A stretch of 64,000 nt of DNA, from positions 32,001 through 96,000 of the forward strand of contig CAVSPA010000006.1 of the NCBI GenBank assembly GCA_963729715.1. The letters run 5' to 3'. The notes below the pieces were generated by a model that ran no database searches, was not told the origin of the DNA, and saw nothing but the letters and a program-made list of their open reading frames with translations. The position numbers and the translations under genes are program-made. Below, piece after piece: positions 1-9,460 of this stretch. Each line of letters opens with the position of its first letter. Within the stretch, counting starts at the first letter, position 1. The stretch comes from an uncultured delta proteobacterium (GTDB taxonomy: Bacteria > Desulfobacterota > Syntrophia > Syntrophales > UBA2185).

Positions 1-740
1 TTATTCATGAATGCGTCCTCGGCCATTACCCGGTATCGCTGCACATTCTCGGGCAGTGGGGGCTTCACCGTCAAGTCACGCCATGTCTTCGCGGCCGCAC
101 TGAACGTAGCAAACTCTTCGTCCTGACGTGCGGCGTATAGAAGTCGATTGAACGCATCAGCAAACTTCTCCGCTGATGTCTTGTTTCCCCATACAAGTAC
201 TGGGTAATTGGAAGGCCAGGGCTCAGGGGTGGCAACCCCGTAGAGTCTCTTCGGTATCTCCAGTTCATAAACACCATTCGAAAACGTTGGATCTAACGAG
301 TAAGCCTGCATGTACTTTGTGGCTTCTTTGAAACTCACGGACATCTGTACATCATAGCGCTTGTCGGAATAGGCGGCAACCCTTTCAGTATATGATGAAG
401 TGAAATGGAAGCCGGTGGGGCCGATACGGACGCCGGTCACCTTTTCAAACACTACCATCCCATCACACAGTTTATTTCCAATGAGTCCCTGGAATCCTTC
501 AGCCAGACGGCAGGATTTAGCGGTCCCGACATATTTGTTGTTTATGGCCTCTTTCAGTTGAGCGCGAGCTTGACGAATTGAAAGAGCCATTGAGTCTCCC
601 GGAGGGGGATCGCCTCGCCAAACCGAAGGAATGCCGCCTGCCGGAGTATTGCCTCCCTGAGTCTGTGCCATCAGGTTTGATGGAATCGCAGCCACGGTCA
701 GCAGCACAACCAGCGCGCACAACATATTCCTGTTGCTCAT
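1..740 (-). CDS. Secreted TPR-domain protein, paralog 1 (3' end runs off the window; absent from the ORF track)
   Basis: Manual translation from ATG at 740 (RBS CAGGAGG upstream): MSNRNMLCALVVLLTVAAIPSNLMAQ...AKTWRDLTVKPPLPENVQRYRVMAEDAFMN, open to position 1. The C-terminal part matches WRALTVKPALPEDVQRCRIMAEDAFKN of the next gene. Confidence 0.85.
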   Translation of the reverse strand, partial: MSNRNMLCALVVLLTVAAIPSNLMAQTQGGNTPAGGIPSVWRGDPPPGDSMALSIRQARAQLKEAINNKYVGTAKSCRLAEGFQGLIGNKLCDGMVVFEKVTGVRIGPTGFHFTSSYTERVAAYSDKRYDVQMSVSFKEATKYMQAYSLDPTFSNGVYELEIPKRLYGVATPEPWPSNYPVLVWGNKTSAEKFADAFNRLLYAARQDEEFATFSAAAKTWRDLTVKPPLPENVQRYRVMAEDAFMN

Positions 741-872
741 TTGATCATCCCTCCTGATTGTTGATGTCCCGATTTCGCCACGAATGATAGCAGTCTTGTC
801 GTCTTGCGAGTTCATCAATAGAAAAAGTGTTCAAATGCTTCATCGAGTTTCCCCGCTCTTGGACCTTGTGAA

Positions 873-1850
873 CTATTGTGTACTCGCCTCTTTCGCCTTT
901 CCCTCCCAGAGGTACATCTTCTCCCTTGCGGTTGTGGCGTTCTTGGCATTGGGGACGAGTTCCAGATAACGTTTCATATGCAGGGCAGCAGTTGCGTACC
1001 TATTCAACTCACCATCAAGCATAGCGGCGTTGAAGTGGCCTTGCGGCCATAGAGGTTCAATCGCCAACCCTTTTTCGTAGTACATTACCGCCTTCTCAAA
1101 ATCTTTATTCTTGAATGCGTCCTCGGCCATTATCCTGCACCGCTGCACATCCTCGGGCAGTGCGGGTTTCACCGTCAAGGCGCGCCATAACTTCGCCTTC
1201 TTTTGGAAATCGGCAAACGACAAGGCCTCATCTTCGGGTTTGTAGCCTTCGGTGTATCTCTTCAGCACATAAAAAGCTTTGGCTAAAGAGACGGCTTCAT
1301 CCCTCTTGAGTGAACTCCAAAAGGTATCTGTTGCGCTTGTATCCCCGCTGTTTCTGCTTCCCCCGTGCTGCACCTGCTTGATGCAACCGTGGTACCATGG
1401 GGCAGCCTCACACGGAAGTACATTGAATGTCCCATACACATGACTTTTCTCGACATGGGGATCCATTGATCTAAAACCTGACGTACAAGCCCAAAATAGT
1501 TTCGGATAGACTTGATCCCAGGTTATCTTGTCGGAGCTTATCGTGATGTTCTTCATCAAGGGGGTATTATAAGTGGAGGCATTCCAGCCGGGAGGAATCT
1601 GCTCCCGGCGGTTTTCCATAGACTCTATTATTTTACGCGCCTGGGAATATGACATCGTCAGGAGCACGTCGTCATTCGGCCTATACACTACTTCGTCTCT
1701 TTGCGCATCATTCGGATTGAAGGCTAAACTTGGCTGAAGACTGATAAGTAAGGTCATGAGGGATAATGTTAGGGACAGACATAAAATAGCGCACAAATCT
1801 AAGCGGCCCTGTCTCTTAAAAACCTTCCGGTATCCCATCTTCATTATCAT
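873..1850 (-). CDS. Secreted TPR-domain protein, paralog 2
   Basis: Likely start ATG at 1850 (AAAGGA RBS, just after the stop of the upstream paralog). Hydrophobic signal ending SLA-F. C-terminal TPRs (AEDAFKNKDFEKAVMYYEKGLAIEPLWPQGHFNAA...YLELVPNA). Confidence 0.85.
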   Translation of the reverse strand: MIMKMGYRKVFKRQGRLDLCAILCLSLTLSLMTLLISLQPSLAFNPNDAQRDEVVYRPNDDVLLTMSYSQARKIIESMENRREQIPPGWNASTYNTPLMKNITISSDKITWDQVYPKLFWACTSGFRSMDPHVEKSHVYGTFNVLPCEAAPWYHGCIKQVQHGGSRNSGDTSATDTFWSSLKRDEAVSLAKAFYVLKRYTEGYKPEDEALSFADFQKKAKLWRALTVKPALPEDVQRCRIMAEDAFKNKDFEKAVMYYEKGLAIEPLWPQGHFNAAMLDGELNRYATAALHMKRYLELVPNAKNATTAREKMYLWEGKAKEASTQ

Positions 1851-1857
1851 GATCCTT

Positions 1858-2781
1858 TCATTCCCTCTCACCGGTAATCTTTTGCTGCTCCTCCTTAGCT
1901 TTTTCCTCCCAGATGTATATCTTCTCCCGCGCGGCTGTGGCGTTCTGGGCATTGGGGACGAGTTCGAGATAACGTTTCATATGAAAGACAGCCCAACTGT
2001 ACCATTGCGATTCACCTTCGAGCATGGCGGTATTGAACTGTCCCTGAGGCCACAGTGGTTCAATGGCCAGCCCTTTTCTGTACCATTCGAGGGCCTTCTG
2101 CAACTCTTTGTTCTTGAATGCGTCTTCTGCCAGTATCCGGCACTTCTGAACTGCTTCGGGCAGAGCGGGCTTAACCGCCATCTCGCGATACCTTTTGGCT
2201 TCGTTTGCAAATGCGGCCTCCGCAGCAGGATCACTCTCGGGCACGGGTACGTATCCTTCCGCGTAGCGTTTTAGAACATAGAAGGCATTGGCCAAAGAAA
2301 CCGCTTCGTACTTATTCGTATAGGTCCAAAAAGGTTCGCCGTAAAAAGGAGTTTCCTTCAGACCTCCCCCACGGCCCTGCGATTTAACGTTACCGAGAGT
2401 TACGGGAAATTCCCCATTGTCCCGACCCGTCACAGCAATCTTCATAGACTTCACATGTAACGTGCTGACATACCAGAGATCCATGCACTCTTTACGCCAA
2501 GTCACTTTGTCGAAGCTTATTACGATGTTCTTGATTATGAATGGACCGGCGAGCCCAGGAATCGGCGTGCTGCGGTTTTCCATGGACTCTATTATTTTAC
2601 GCGCCTGCGCATACGGCATCGTCTGTAACACCTCGTCAGTCGGCTGATAAACTACTTCGTCTGCCTGGGCCAGACCTGTCTGAAAGCCGATTAATATAGT
2701 AGCGGCGGATAATACCATGAACAGATACGCGATGGAGTGGAAATATAAGCGGCCGTGTTTCACGCAAAGCATCCTCTTCAT
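1858..2781 (-). CDS. Secreted TPR-domain protein, paralog 3
   Basis: Signal peptide ending AQA-D; C-terminal TPR region highly similar to paralog 2. Confidence 0.85.
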   Translation of the reverse strand: MKRMLCVKHGRLYFHSIAYLFMVLSAATILIGFQTGLAQADEVVYQPTDEVLQTMPYAQARKIIESMENRSTPIPGLAGPFIIKNIVISFDKVTWRKECMDLWYVSTLHVKSMKIAVTGRDNGEFPVTLGNVKSQGRGGGLKETPFYGEPFWTYTNKYEAVSLANAFYVLKRYAEGYVPVPESDPAAEAAFANEAKRYREMAVKPALPEAVQKCRILAEDAFKNKELQKALEWYRKGLAIEPLWPQGQFNTAMLEGESQWYSWAVFHMKRYLELVPNAQNATAAREKIYIWEEKAKEEQQKITGERE

Positions 2782-3136
2782 AAAAGATTCCTCGATAGTG
2801 GATTAGCATTATTTTTGTGCGGCTGATTTTAGGGAAAATTGCAGGTATGGTCAAGAGAAACCTCTGCAATCTTTTGAGATGTTAAGAAATGGGAAATTTA
2901 ATTATCAATTGATAATGTTCGTAACGGTGGGCATAAAACAATTGTTTCGATTTTTTCACAAGTTTTTGCCTAAGAATTGGAGTAAGGCCGGCGGAAAAAT
3001 CATTAAAACTTCAAATTTCCATCAAAATAGCCATCTTTTATCATTGACACTTCGTTTTCCACTCCTTACACTGTCAATAATAATTAGTGGAATATGCGGG
3101 AGATAAATTTTCAATTTCCCAGGAAGCGGTGTTGAA

Positions 3137-4279
3137 ATGGACATCCCTTTGTTTATTGCGGGACTGGTTTTGATCCTCGTCGTTTTGGGGGATGCCTTTG
3201 AAACGATGGTGCTCCCGCGCCGCGTGACACGCCGGCTCAGACTTGCCCGTCTCTTCTTCCGATATTCGTGGAAGTTCTGGCTGCTGATCGCCAGGTTGAT
3301 ACCTTCACGCAGAGGGAGGGAAACCTTTTTCGGTTTCTTCGGTCCTTTTACGATGCTCATGCTGATCATCCTCTGGGCAACCGGGCTGGTCTTCGGCTTT
3401 GCCATCATGCTCTGGGCATCCGGCTCGACACTCACAATGCATGCGGGAATTGTCAGTTTCGGAACATACCTCTATATGAGCGGCACGAGTCTCTTCACCC
3501 TCGGCCTAGGAGATGTCACGCCGACCACTCCTCTGGGGAGGGGATTAATTGCCGCTGAATCCGGGTTGGGTCTCGGCTTCCTTGCCCTCGTCATCAGTTA
3601 CCTGCCGCTCTTGAACCAGTCGTTCTCTCGTCGTGAGGTGACTATCTCACTCCTCGACTCTCGCGCGGGTTCACCTCCCACGGCGGCAGAGTTGATACGG
3701 CGCCATATCAATGACAAAGAGGTTGATGAACTTCGCCAGCATCTTCATGAATGGGAACGCTGGTCGGCGGAATTGCTTGAGAGTCACTTGTCCTATCCGG
3801 TGCTGGCTCAATTTCGTTCCCACCACGAGAACCAGTCGTGGCTCGGATCGCTCACGGCGATACTGGATACTTGCGCGTTTGCCTTGGCAGGTATCGAAGG
3901 CGTATGCAAGGATCAGGCGAAATTCACTTTTGCCATGACCCGACACGCGATTGTGGATATCGCGGGGGTCTTCAACTGTCCTCCCGTCCATCCGGAAAAG
4001 GATCGCCTTACCAAGGCCGACCTTAAATATCTTTGCTCGATATTGTCAGAGGCGGGTCTTAAGCTCGAAGAGGCTGAGGTCCTCGAAAAGGCGCTCAAGG
4101 AATTGCGCTTGATGTATGAACCGTATATCCACGCTCTTTCCATATACCTCCATATTACTATTCCGCCCTGGGTTTTGAGGACCAAGCGCCCGGACGACTG
4201 GCAGACGAGCCGCTGGGATACCGGCGCCGGCGTGGCGCGAAAGAAAATGTTGCAGGAGATTTGGGACGATCATTTTTGA
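3137..4279 (+). CDS. Potassium channel family protein (2TM pore domain plus cytoplasmic C-terminal domain)
   Basis: Pore helix and filter YMSGTSLFTLGLGDVTP flanked by TM helices. Confidence 0.8.
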   Translation: MDIPLFIAGLVLILVVLGDAFETMVLPRRVTRRLRLARLFFRYSWKFWLLIARLIPSRRGRETFFGFFGPFTMLMLIILWATGLVFGFAIMLWASGSTLTMHAGIVSFGTYLYMSGTSLFTLGLGDVTPTTPLGRGLIAAESGLGLGFLALVISYLPLLNQSFSRREVTISLLDSRAGSPPTAAELIRRHINDKEVDELRQHLHEWERWSAELLESHLSYPVLAQFRSHHENQSWLGSLTAILDTCAFALAGIEGVCKDQAKFTFAMTRHAIVDIAGVFNCPPVHPEKDRLTKADLKYLCSILSEAGLKLEEAEVLEKALKELRLMYEPYIHALSIYLHITIPPWVLRTKRPDDWQTSRWDTGAGVARKKMLQEIWDDHF

Positions 4280-4334
4280 TTGAATAAGGCCGGTAAGAGG
4301 GGCAGAGGATAAAGACATAATCAGGAGAGGAAGA

Positions 4335-5111
4335 ATGAATTACAAACTTATTAAATTTGAAAAGACGAATGGTGTGGGGACCCTTACGTTAAATAATCCA
4401 GAAAGAAGAAATGCCCTTTCTCTTGAGATGTTGAAAGAGCTTCACTACATACTGGACGAGATCAAGGGAAAAAGCGATGTGAAGGTCGTTATTGTCAGGG
4501 GAGCAGGCAAGATCTTTTCGTCCGGCCACGACCTGACGGAGATGATAGGCCATGGGCTCAAGGACTACCAGGAGGTGTTTGATACGTGCAGTGCCTTCAT
4601 GCTGAAGATACAGGATATGCCGCAGCCCTTCATCGCTCAGGTGCACGGCATAGCAACTGCCGCCGGATGCCAGCTTGTGGCCGCGTGCGACCTTGCCGTT
4701 GCTGAGGAAGGAACCCTCTTCGGGACGCCCGGTGTCAGGCTCGGCATCTTCTGCACGACGCCGGCAATTCCTTTGGTTCGTGCAGTGGGAAGAAAACGGG
4801 CCCTCGAAATGCTCTTCACGGGTCGGATGATTTCCGCGAAAGAAGCAGAGCAGTTCGGACTTGTCAACAAGGTCGTGCCCATGGATCGGTTGGAAGAAGA
4901 AGCAAAAGCCATGGCGGAGAAGATCGCCGAGGCCAGTGCATTGACGCTCAAGATCGGCAAGGGTGCCTTTTATGCGCAGGTGAATTTGAGCGATGCGCAT
5001 GCGTACAATATCGGCAATGAAGTGATGATAGGGAACCTGTTTGCGGATGACGCCAAAGAGGGCATCCGCTCCTTTCTTGAAAAACGCAAACCCGTGTGGA
5101 CCGGGAAATGA
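4335..5111 (+). CDS. Enoyl-CoA hydratase/isomerase (crotonase) family protein
   Basis: FSSGHDL and ATAAGCQLVAACD crotonase motifs; RBS AGGAG. Confidence 0.9.
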   Translation: MNYKLIKFEKTNGVGTLTLNNPERRNALSLEMLKELHYILDEIKGKSDVKVVIVRGAGKIFSSGHDLTEMIGHGLKDYQEVFDTCSAFMLKIQDMPQPFIAQVHGIATAAGCQLVAACDLAVAEEGTLFGTPGVRLGIFCTTPAIPLVRAVGRKRALEMLFTGRMISAKEAEQFGLVNKVVPMDRLEEEAKAMAEKIAEASALTLKIGKGAFYAQVNLSDAHAYNIGNEVMIGNLFADDAKEGIRSFLEKRKPVWTGK

Positions 5112-5120
5112 CAATTCTTG

Positions 5121-5218
5121 TTCTCTTGTCATTCCGAACGAATGTGATGAATCTCAAGATATTAATATTATTAATCATCAAGATTTCTCGTTTCACTCGA
5201 AATAACGAAATAAGAGAA
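5121..5218. repeat. REP-like imperfect palindromic element, copy A
   Basis: Arms TGTCATTCCGA...GAATCT and AGATTTCTCG...TCGAAATAAC, with outer TTCTCTT/AAGAGAA; related to the element at 9180-9304. Confidence 0.6.
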
Positions 5219-5382
5219 TAACGACGCAGCCCCTTCGAGGGAATAATAGTGATGAAAAAACCGGGAATTTTAGCCCCAGATTTGATATAGAAAGTGGCGG
5301 TTGCGAGGTTGAACCCGGTTATGTTTTTCTATTATGGGGTTCTTCAGAATATAGTCTATGAAATAATAAGGAGGGACGTTAA

Positions 5383-5784
5383 ATGGCCGAGGCAAAGAAA
5401 TTGAAGCAGCTTAGTTTTTCCCTGTCCAACAAGGTTGGACTATTGGCCCAAGTGGCTTCTGTCGTCTCCGATGCAAAGGTCAATATCGAGGCGATCTGCA
5501 CTTACGAGATGGGCGACAAGGGATATTTCATGGTGGTCACGGACAATAACGCCAAGGCAAAGAAGGTACTGGCCAAAATCGGGGCCAATGTTGAGGTGGA
5601 AGATGTGCTCGTAGTCAGTGTGCCGAATAAAGTCGGACAGTTGCAGAGCCTAGCAAAGAAAATTGCCGAAGCGGGAATTGACATCTACTATGCCTATGGG
5701 AGCCCCGGGGCGGTCAAGACGACGTGCCTCGTTTTTAAGACGGCCAATGACGACAAAGCGTTGAAAGCCATTAACGCAAAATAA
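5383..5784 (+). CDS. Tandem ACT-domain protein
   Basis: Two ACT repeats: NKVGLLAQV...VNIEAI and NKVGQLQSL...IDIYYAY. Confidence 0.85.
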   Translation: MAEAKKLKQLSFSLSNKVGLLAQVASVVSDAKVNIEAICTYEMGDKGYFMVVTDNNAKAKKVLAKIGANVEVEDVLVVSVPNKVGQLQSLAKKIAEAGIDIYYAYGSPGAVKTTCLVFKTANDDKALKAINAK

Positions 5785-5928
5785 TTTTTTTGTCAGCCAG
5801 TCGCCGAAAAGCACCGGCCGTTTTTTACTTTGACGATAACCTGCAATAATGTCCGAGGGGGTGTGCATGGCGCATGCAGACTCCTCCTCGTCTTCTCTTT
5901 ATCGCATGATAAAGCCATGCGGCCGTAA

Positions 5929-6150
5929 TCAGCGCCTCTCGCTCTTGACCTCCACCGGTATTCCCCACCAGCCCTTCTGTTTGGTTTCCTTAACATCCAG
6001 AACGGTTGGATTCTGGTAGCCAAATATGGAAAATCCCATGTGATCCCACGACGCATACATCGATTTATGCTTCCAGAATTCAGATTGTTCCGCAAGATGG
6101 CAACATCCTGATACAATTAAGACGACGAGTAAGATGAATAATTTTTTCAT
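5929..6150 (-). CDS. Small lipoprotein, unknown function
   Basis: MKKLFILLVVLIVSG-C lipobox; AAGGAAGG RBS upstream. Confidence 0.7.
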   Translation of the reverse strand: MKKLFILLVVLIVSGCCHLAEQSEFWKHKSMYASWDHMGFSIFGYQNPTVLDVKETKQKGWWGIPVEVKSERR

Positions 6151-6453
6151 ATGATGCCTTCCTTTCTGTCAGAAGTGACTTCATTCTCAAAGACTCACTT
6201 ATTTCTATTACTACAAAGAAAGCTGTTTTGGTATCCAATTTATGGGATTATATTATTACATTCATTTCTTCGCACCGATAAACACCAGAGAGCCGGCCGA
6301 CCACTCAAGATCAGTAGCGGCGAACATTTCCACGAATAATTCCCCTTGACTTAATTCAGTTTGCCCATTTACTATCCTGCCTACGGCAGATATCGTCGAG
6401 GCTTTGAATATCGTGGGATTTCAATAATGACACGGCGCAGGGAGCAGAAAATC

Positions 6454-7182
6454 ATGAAAGAAGAGCAGGTCGCCCTCGTGACAGGCGGCAGTCGCGGCAT
6501 TGGCCGCGCCATCGCGGTTGAGCTTTCATCAGCAGGATATGAACTTATCATTACGTACAAATCCGACGATGCTTCAGCCGCAGAAACCCTCGACATTATC
6601 CGCTCGCAAGGCGGCACGGGAGAAAAGGTCCGGTTCGATGTGACGGATTCCAAGAAGACGGCGCAGCGGATGGATGAAATCCTTGCCCGGCGTAAGAATA
6701 TTCGCGTCCTCGTCAACAACGCCGGCATTACGGCTGACGGACTCTTCATGATGATGCGTGAGGGGGACTGGGACAGGGTGATTCAAACGACCCTTAAAGG
6801 CTTCTACAATGTGACCAAGCCGGTGATAAAAAGGATGGCAAGGAATCACCAGGGATCTGTTGTCTCTATCTCGTCTGTATCGGCTCTCGTGGGAAACAGG
6901 GGGCAGGCCAATTACGCGGCGGCTAAGGCAGGCTTGATTGCCGCCAGCCGCTCACTCGCATCTGAAGTGGCAAGGTTTGGCATCCGCGTGAACGTGGTTG
7001 CACCAGGGCTCATCGACACGGGAATGATCAAGGGAGCGCCGCTGCAAAGGATTAAGGACATCATTCCTATGGCAAGAATTGGAAAACCCGAAGAGGTCGC
7101 AAAAGTCGTCCGATTCCTGTGTTCAGACGATGCCTCTTACATCACAGGGCAAGTAATTTCCGTAAACGGCGGCATGTTGTAG
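6454..7182 (+). CDS. fabG: 3-oxoacyl-ACP reductase (classical SDR)
   Basis: TGGSRGIG, NNAGIT, GQANYAAAK and ITGQVISVNGG motifs; start at ATG 6454 after GGAG. Confidence 0.8.
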   Translation: MKEEQVALVTGGSRGIGRAIAVELSSAGYELIITYKSDDASAAETLDIIRSQGGTGEKVRFDVTDSKKTAQRMDEILARRKNIRVLVNNAGITADGLFMMMREGDWDRVIQTTLKGFYNVTKPVIKRMARNHQGSVVSISSVSALVGNRGQANYAAAKAGLIAASRSLASEVARFGIRVNVVAPGLIDTGMIKGAPLQRIKDIIPMARIGKPEEVAKVVRFLCSDDASYITGQVISVNGGML

Positions 7183-7196
7183 CCGAGACAGTCTTT

Positions 7197-7544
7197 CTAA
7201 TACGAAACATATAATCCCACATTAACTCCATACTGGTGTGTCATACTTGCCTGTTCATAAAGAGCACCCACCGTTGTTCCGTAATATGTAAGGTCCACGG
7301 TGTCACTTTGACCAATTTCATCATACGCATACCATGGTTTGATAACAACGGATCAGAATTGAGAAACCTTATATTATGTAGGGATTTCAGCGTAATAGCC
7401 AGTTCTATTTCCTAATTTAACGTCAGGGGTGTTGTAACCTGGGTCGAAGTCAGAGAATTTGACTGCCATTTTGCCATAGAACATGAAGCGGGCGCCCACG
7501 TTCGGTTCCATGACCACCTTTTTTGAAACAGGTAAATAATTCCC
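7197..7544 (-). pseudogene. C-terminal remnant of an outer-membrane beta-barrel gene with two in-frame stops
   Basis: One frame reads ...VMEPNVGARFMFYGKMAVKFSDFDPGYNTPDVKLGNRTGYYAEIPT*YKVSQF*SVVIKPWYAYDEIGQSD...QYGVNVGLYVSY*. Amphipathic beta-strands and a terminal aromatic residue; no 5' part. Confidence 0.65.
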
Positions 7545-8513
7545 ATGATACCCATCCGCGGCACCATTCCATCGAGGCATTATCCCGTTGTCAACATGCT
7601 TATCATTGTTGCAAACATTTTCTTTTTTATGGTGGAGATGTCTCAGGGTGATGCGCTTGACAGGTTTATATACATCTACGGGCTTGTTCCGGCGCGTTAT
7701 TCATTGTTTCAGCTCGCGGCTCATTTCACTTTCTCAGAGCAGATGTTTTCTTTCATCTCATTTATGTTTCTCCATGGCAGCTTCTGGCACCTCGCGGGTA
7801 ATATGTGGTTCCTTTACATTTTCGGGGACAATGTGGAAGACCGTCTCGGACATTTGAGATATCTTTTCTTTTATCTCCTTTGCGGGCTTGCGGCGGGCGT
7901 TGCCCACGTATTCTTCAATCTGGACTCCACAATGCCTACGATCGGGGCGAGCGGCGCCATAGCGGGAGTGATGGGCGCATACTTTATCCTCTACCCGAAG
8001 GCGCGTATTGTTACGCTCATTCCCATTATCTTCATTCCCTACTTTGTCGAGCTTCCCGCGACACTTTTCCTGGGCATATGGCTTTTTATTCAATTTATCA
8101 GCGCAGCGCTGACGAGCGTAAATGCCGGCGGTATCGCTTGGTGGGCGCATATAGGGGGCTTTATCTTCGGCGCTCTATTCTTGAAAATCTTCCTTCTGAT
8201 TCCCGGGCAGGGTGTGCCCCGCATATTAACGGATGCTACAGTGAGAAAAGGCACTCCCAGATTGCATATGGCGCGGCCTGTACTACAGTCGGCAGAGTCG
8301 GACCTTTTTGACGTCATATATATTACGCCGGAAGAGGCAGCACGGGGCGCCAGAAAGCTGATCAGCGTTTCCTTTGGTTATCAAAAAAAGACCGTAATTG
8401 TCGGCATTCCTCCGGGTATTAGAGACGGCACGAAGCTTCGTCTCGAGGGAATGGGCAAAAAGACAAACGGCGATCAAAGAGGCGACCTTTACCTCCAGGT
8501 GTCTATAAGGTAG
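7545..8513 (+). CDS. Rhomboid intramembrane serine protease with a C-terminal DnaJ_C-like domain
   Basis: HLAGNM, GASGA (Ser) and AWWAHIGG (His); tail ITPEEAARG...IPPGIRDGTKLRLEGMG...GDLYL. Confidence 0.85.
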   Translation: MIPIRGTIPSRHYPVVNMLIIVANIFFFMVEMSQGDALDRFIYIYGLVPARYSLFQLAAHFTFSEQMFSFISFMFLHGSFWHLAGNMWFLYIFGDNVEDRLGHLRYLFFYLLCGLAAGVAHVFFNLDSTMPTIGASGAIAGVMGAYFILYPKARIVTLIPIIFIPYFVELPATLFLGIWLFIQFISAALTSVNAGGIAWWAHIGGFIFGALFLKIFLLIPGQGVPRILTDATVRKGTPRLHMARPVLQSAESDLFDVIYITPEEAARGARKLISVSFGYQKKTVIVGIPPGIRDGTKLRLEGMGKKTNGDQRGDLYLQVSIR

Positions 8514-8647
8514 ATGGATACCCTGTCACATCTTCTGTGGTGGGAGCATTTACCTGCCACTATACTCCCGTTAAACCATCCTTGTACATTATCGATTGCC
8601 AATTTATAAATTAACCGTATCAACATATCAATCGGGAGGTAGGGAAA

Positions 8648-9169
8648 ATGAAGAAAATAATTTGGGCCGGAATCGTCGTCTTATTTATCACAAGTTATGC
8701 CTTTGCCGATCAAATCACAGTGCAGATGAACCTTGTGAACGAGCAGGGTACCGGAAAGAATATAGGCAGCGTTACTGCTATGGACAGCCGGTACGGTCTT
8801 ATCCTCATTCCTGAATTGAAAGGTCTCGCCCCTGGCATACACGGCTTCCATGTGCATCAGATGCCTGATTGCAACCATGCCATGAAAGACGGGAAACATG
8901 TCGCAGCGCTCGCAGCAGGAGGTCACTTTGACCCCTTGGGGGCCAACAAACATGAAGGGCCATACGGGGAGGGACATCTCGGAGATCTGCCGTTCTTGTA
9001 TGTCGGTGCAGACGGCAAGGCAGCATCGCCGGTGCTTGCGCCACGCCTGAAAGTTGCAGACCTGAAGGAAAGATCATTGATGATACACGCAGGCGGCGAC
9101 AATTATTCCGACTATCCTGAGGCCTTGGGCGGCGGCGGAGCCCGGGTTGCCTGCGGCGTGATAAAGTGA
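8648..9169 (+). CDS. sodC: Periplasmic Cu/Zn superoxide dismutase
   Basis: Signal peptide; HGFHVH, GGHFDP, HLGDLP, MIHAGGDN and GGGGARVACG. Confidence 0.95.
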   Translation: MKKIIWAGIVVLFITSYAFADQITVQMNLVNEQGTGKNIGSVTAMDSRYGLILIPELKGLAPGIHGFHVHQMPDCNHAMKDGKHVAALAAGGHFDPLGANKHEGPYGEGHLGDLPFLYVGADGKAASPVLAPRLKVADLKERSLMIHAGGDNYSDYPEALGGGGARVACGVIK

Positions 9170-9179
9170 TATTTATTTT

Positions 9180-9304
9180 TGTCATTTCGAACCCTTCGGT
9201 TTGCTCAGGGTAAACTCCGTGAGAAATCCTTGTTCCGAGCGAAGAGAGGGATCTGGTTCAATGCAGGAAAGATTTCTCAGTCGCTGCGCTCCTTGGAAAT
9301 GACA
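9180..9304. repeat. REP-like imperfect palindromic element, copy B
   Basis: TGTCATTTCGA...GAGAAATC and GATTTCTC...TGGAAATGACA inverted arms just after the sodC stop. Confidence 0.65.
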
Positions 9305-9345
9305 TGAGAGGCGTCTTCTTCGCAATTACATGACACTCCACAAAT

Positions 9346-9375
9346 CCATTGCTCCTTAAACGCGAGGGGCAATGG
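9346..9375. terminator. Hairpin, possible terminator after sodC
   Basis: CCATTGCTCCT/AGGGGCAATGG 11-bp stem; no strong U-tract. Confidence 0.35.
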
Positions 9376-9431
9376 CGACAGGGCGTAGTTTTCTCGTGAT
9401 ATTAATCGTCATTGCTATAAATAATCTCAAG

Positions 9432-9460
9432 TTGCTTTCTCAGATGCCTTTTGGTATTTT
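9432..9460 (+). promoter_or_regulatory. Putative sigma70 promoter for purLQ
   Basis: TTGCTT-17 bp-TATTTT with TG just upstream of the -10. Confidence 0.4.

Noticed and set aside
1851..1952. ORF-track N-terminal extension of the 873-1952 gene
   Set aside because: It overlaps the upstream paralog by about 95 nt; ATG 1850 has an RBS and gives a plausible signal sequence.
1..2781. Diversity-generating retroelement behind the TPR paralog variation
   Set aside because: No reverse transcriptase in the window, differences are not adenine-specific, and all similar segments are coding.
7197..7380. Stop-codon recoding (TGA as Trp or Sec) in the OMP fragment
   Set aside because: A TAA is also in frame, the 5' end is missing, and TGA is a normal stop in many genes here.
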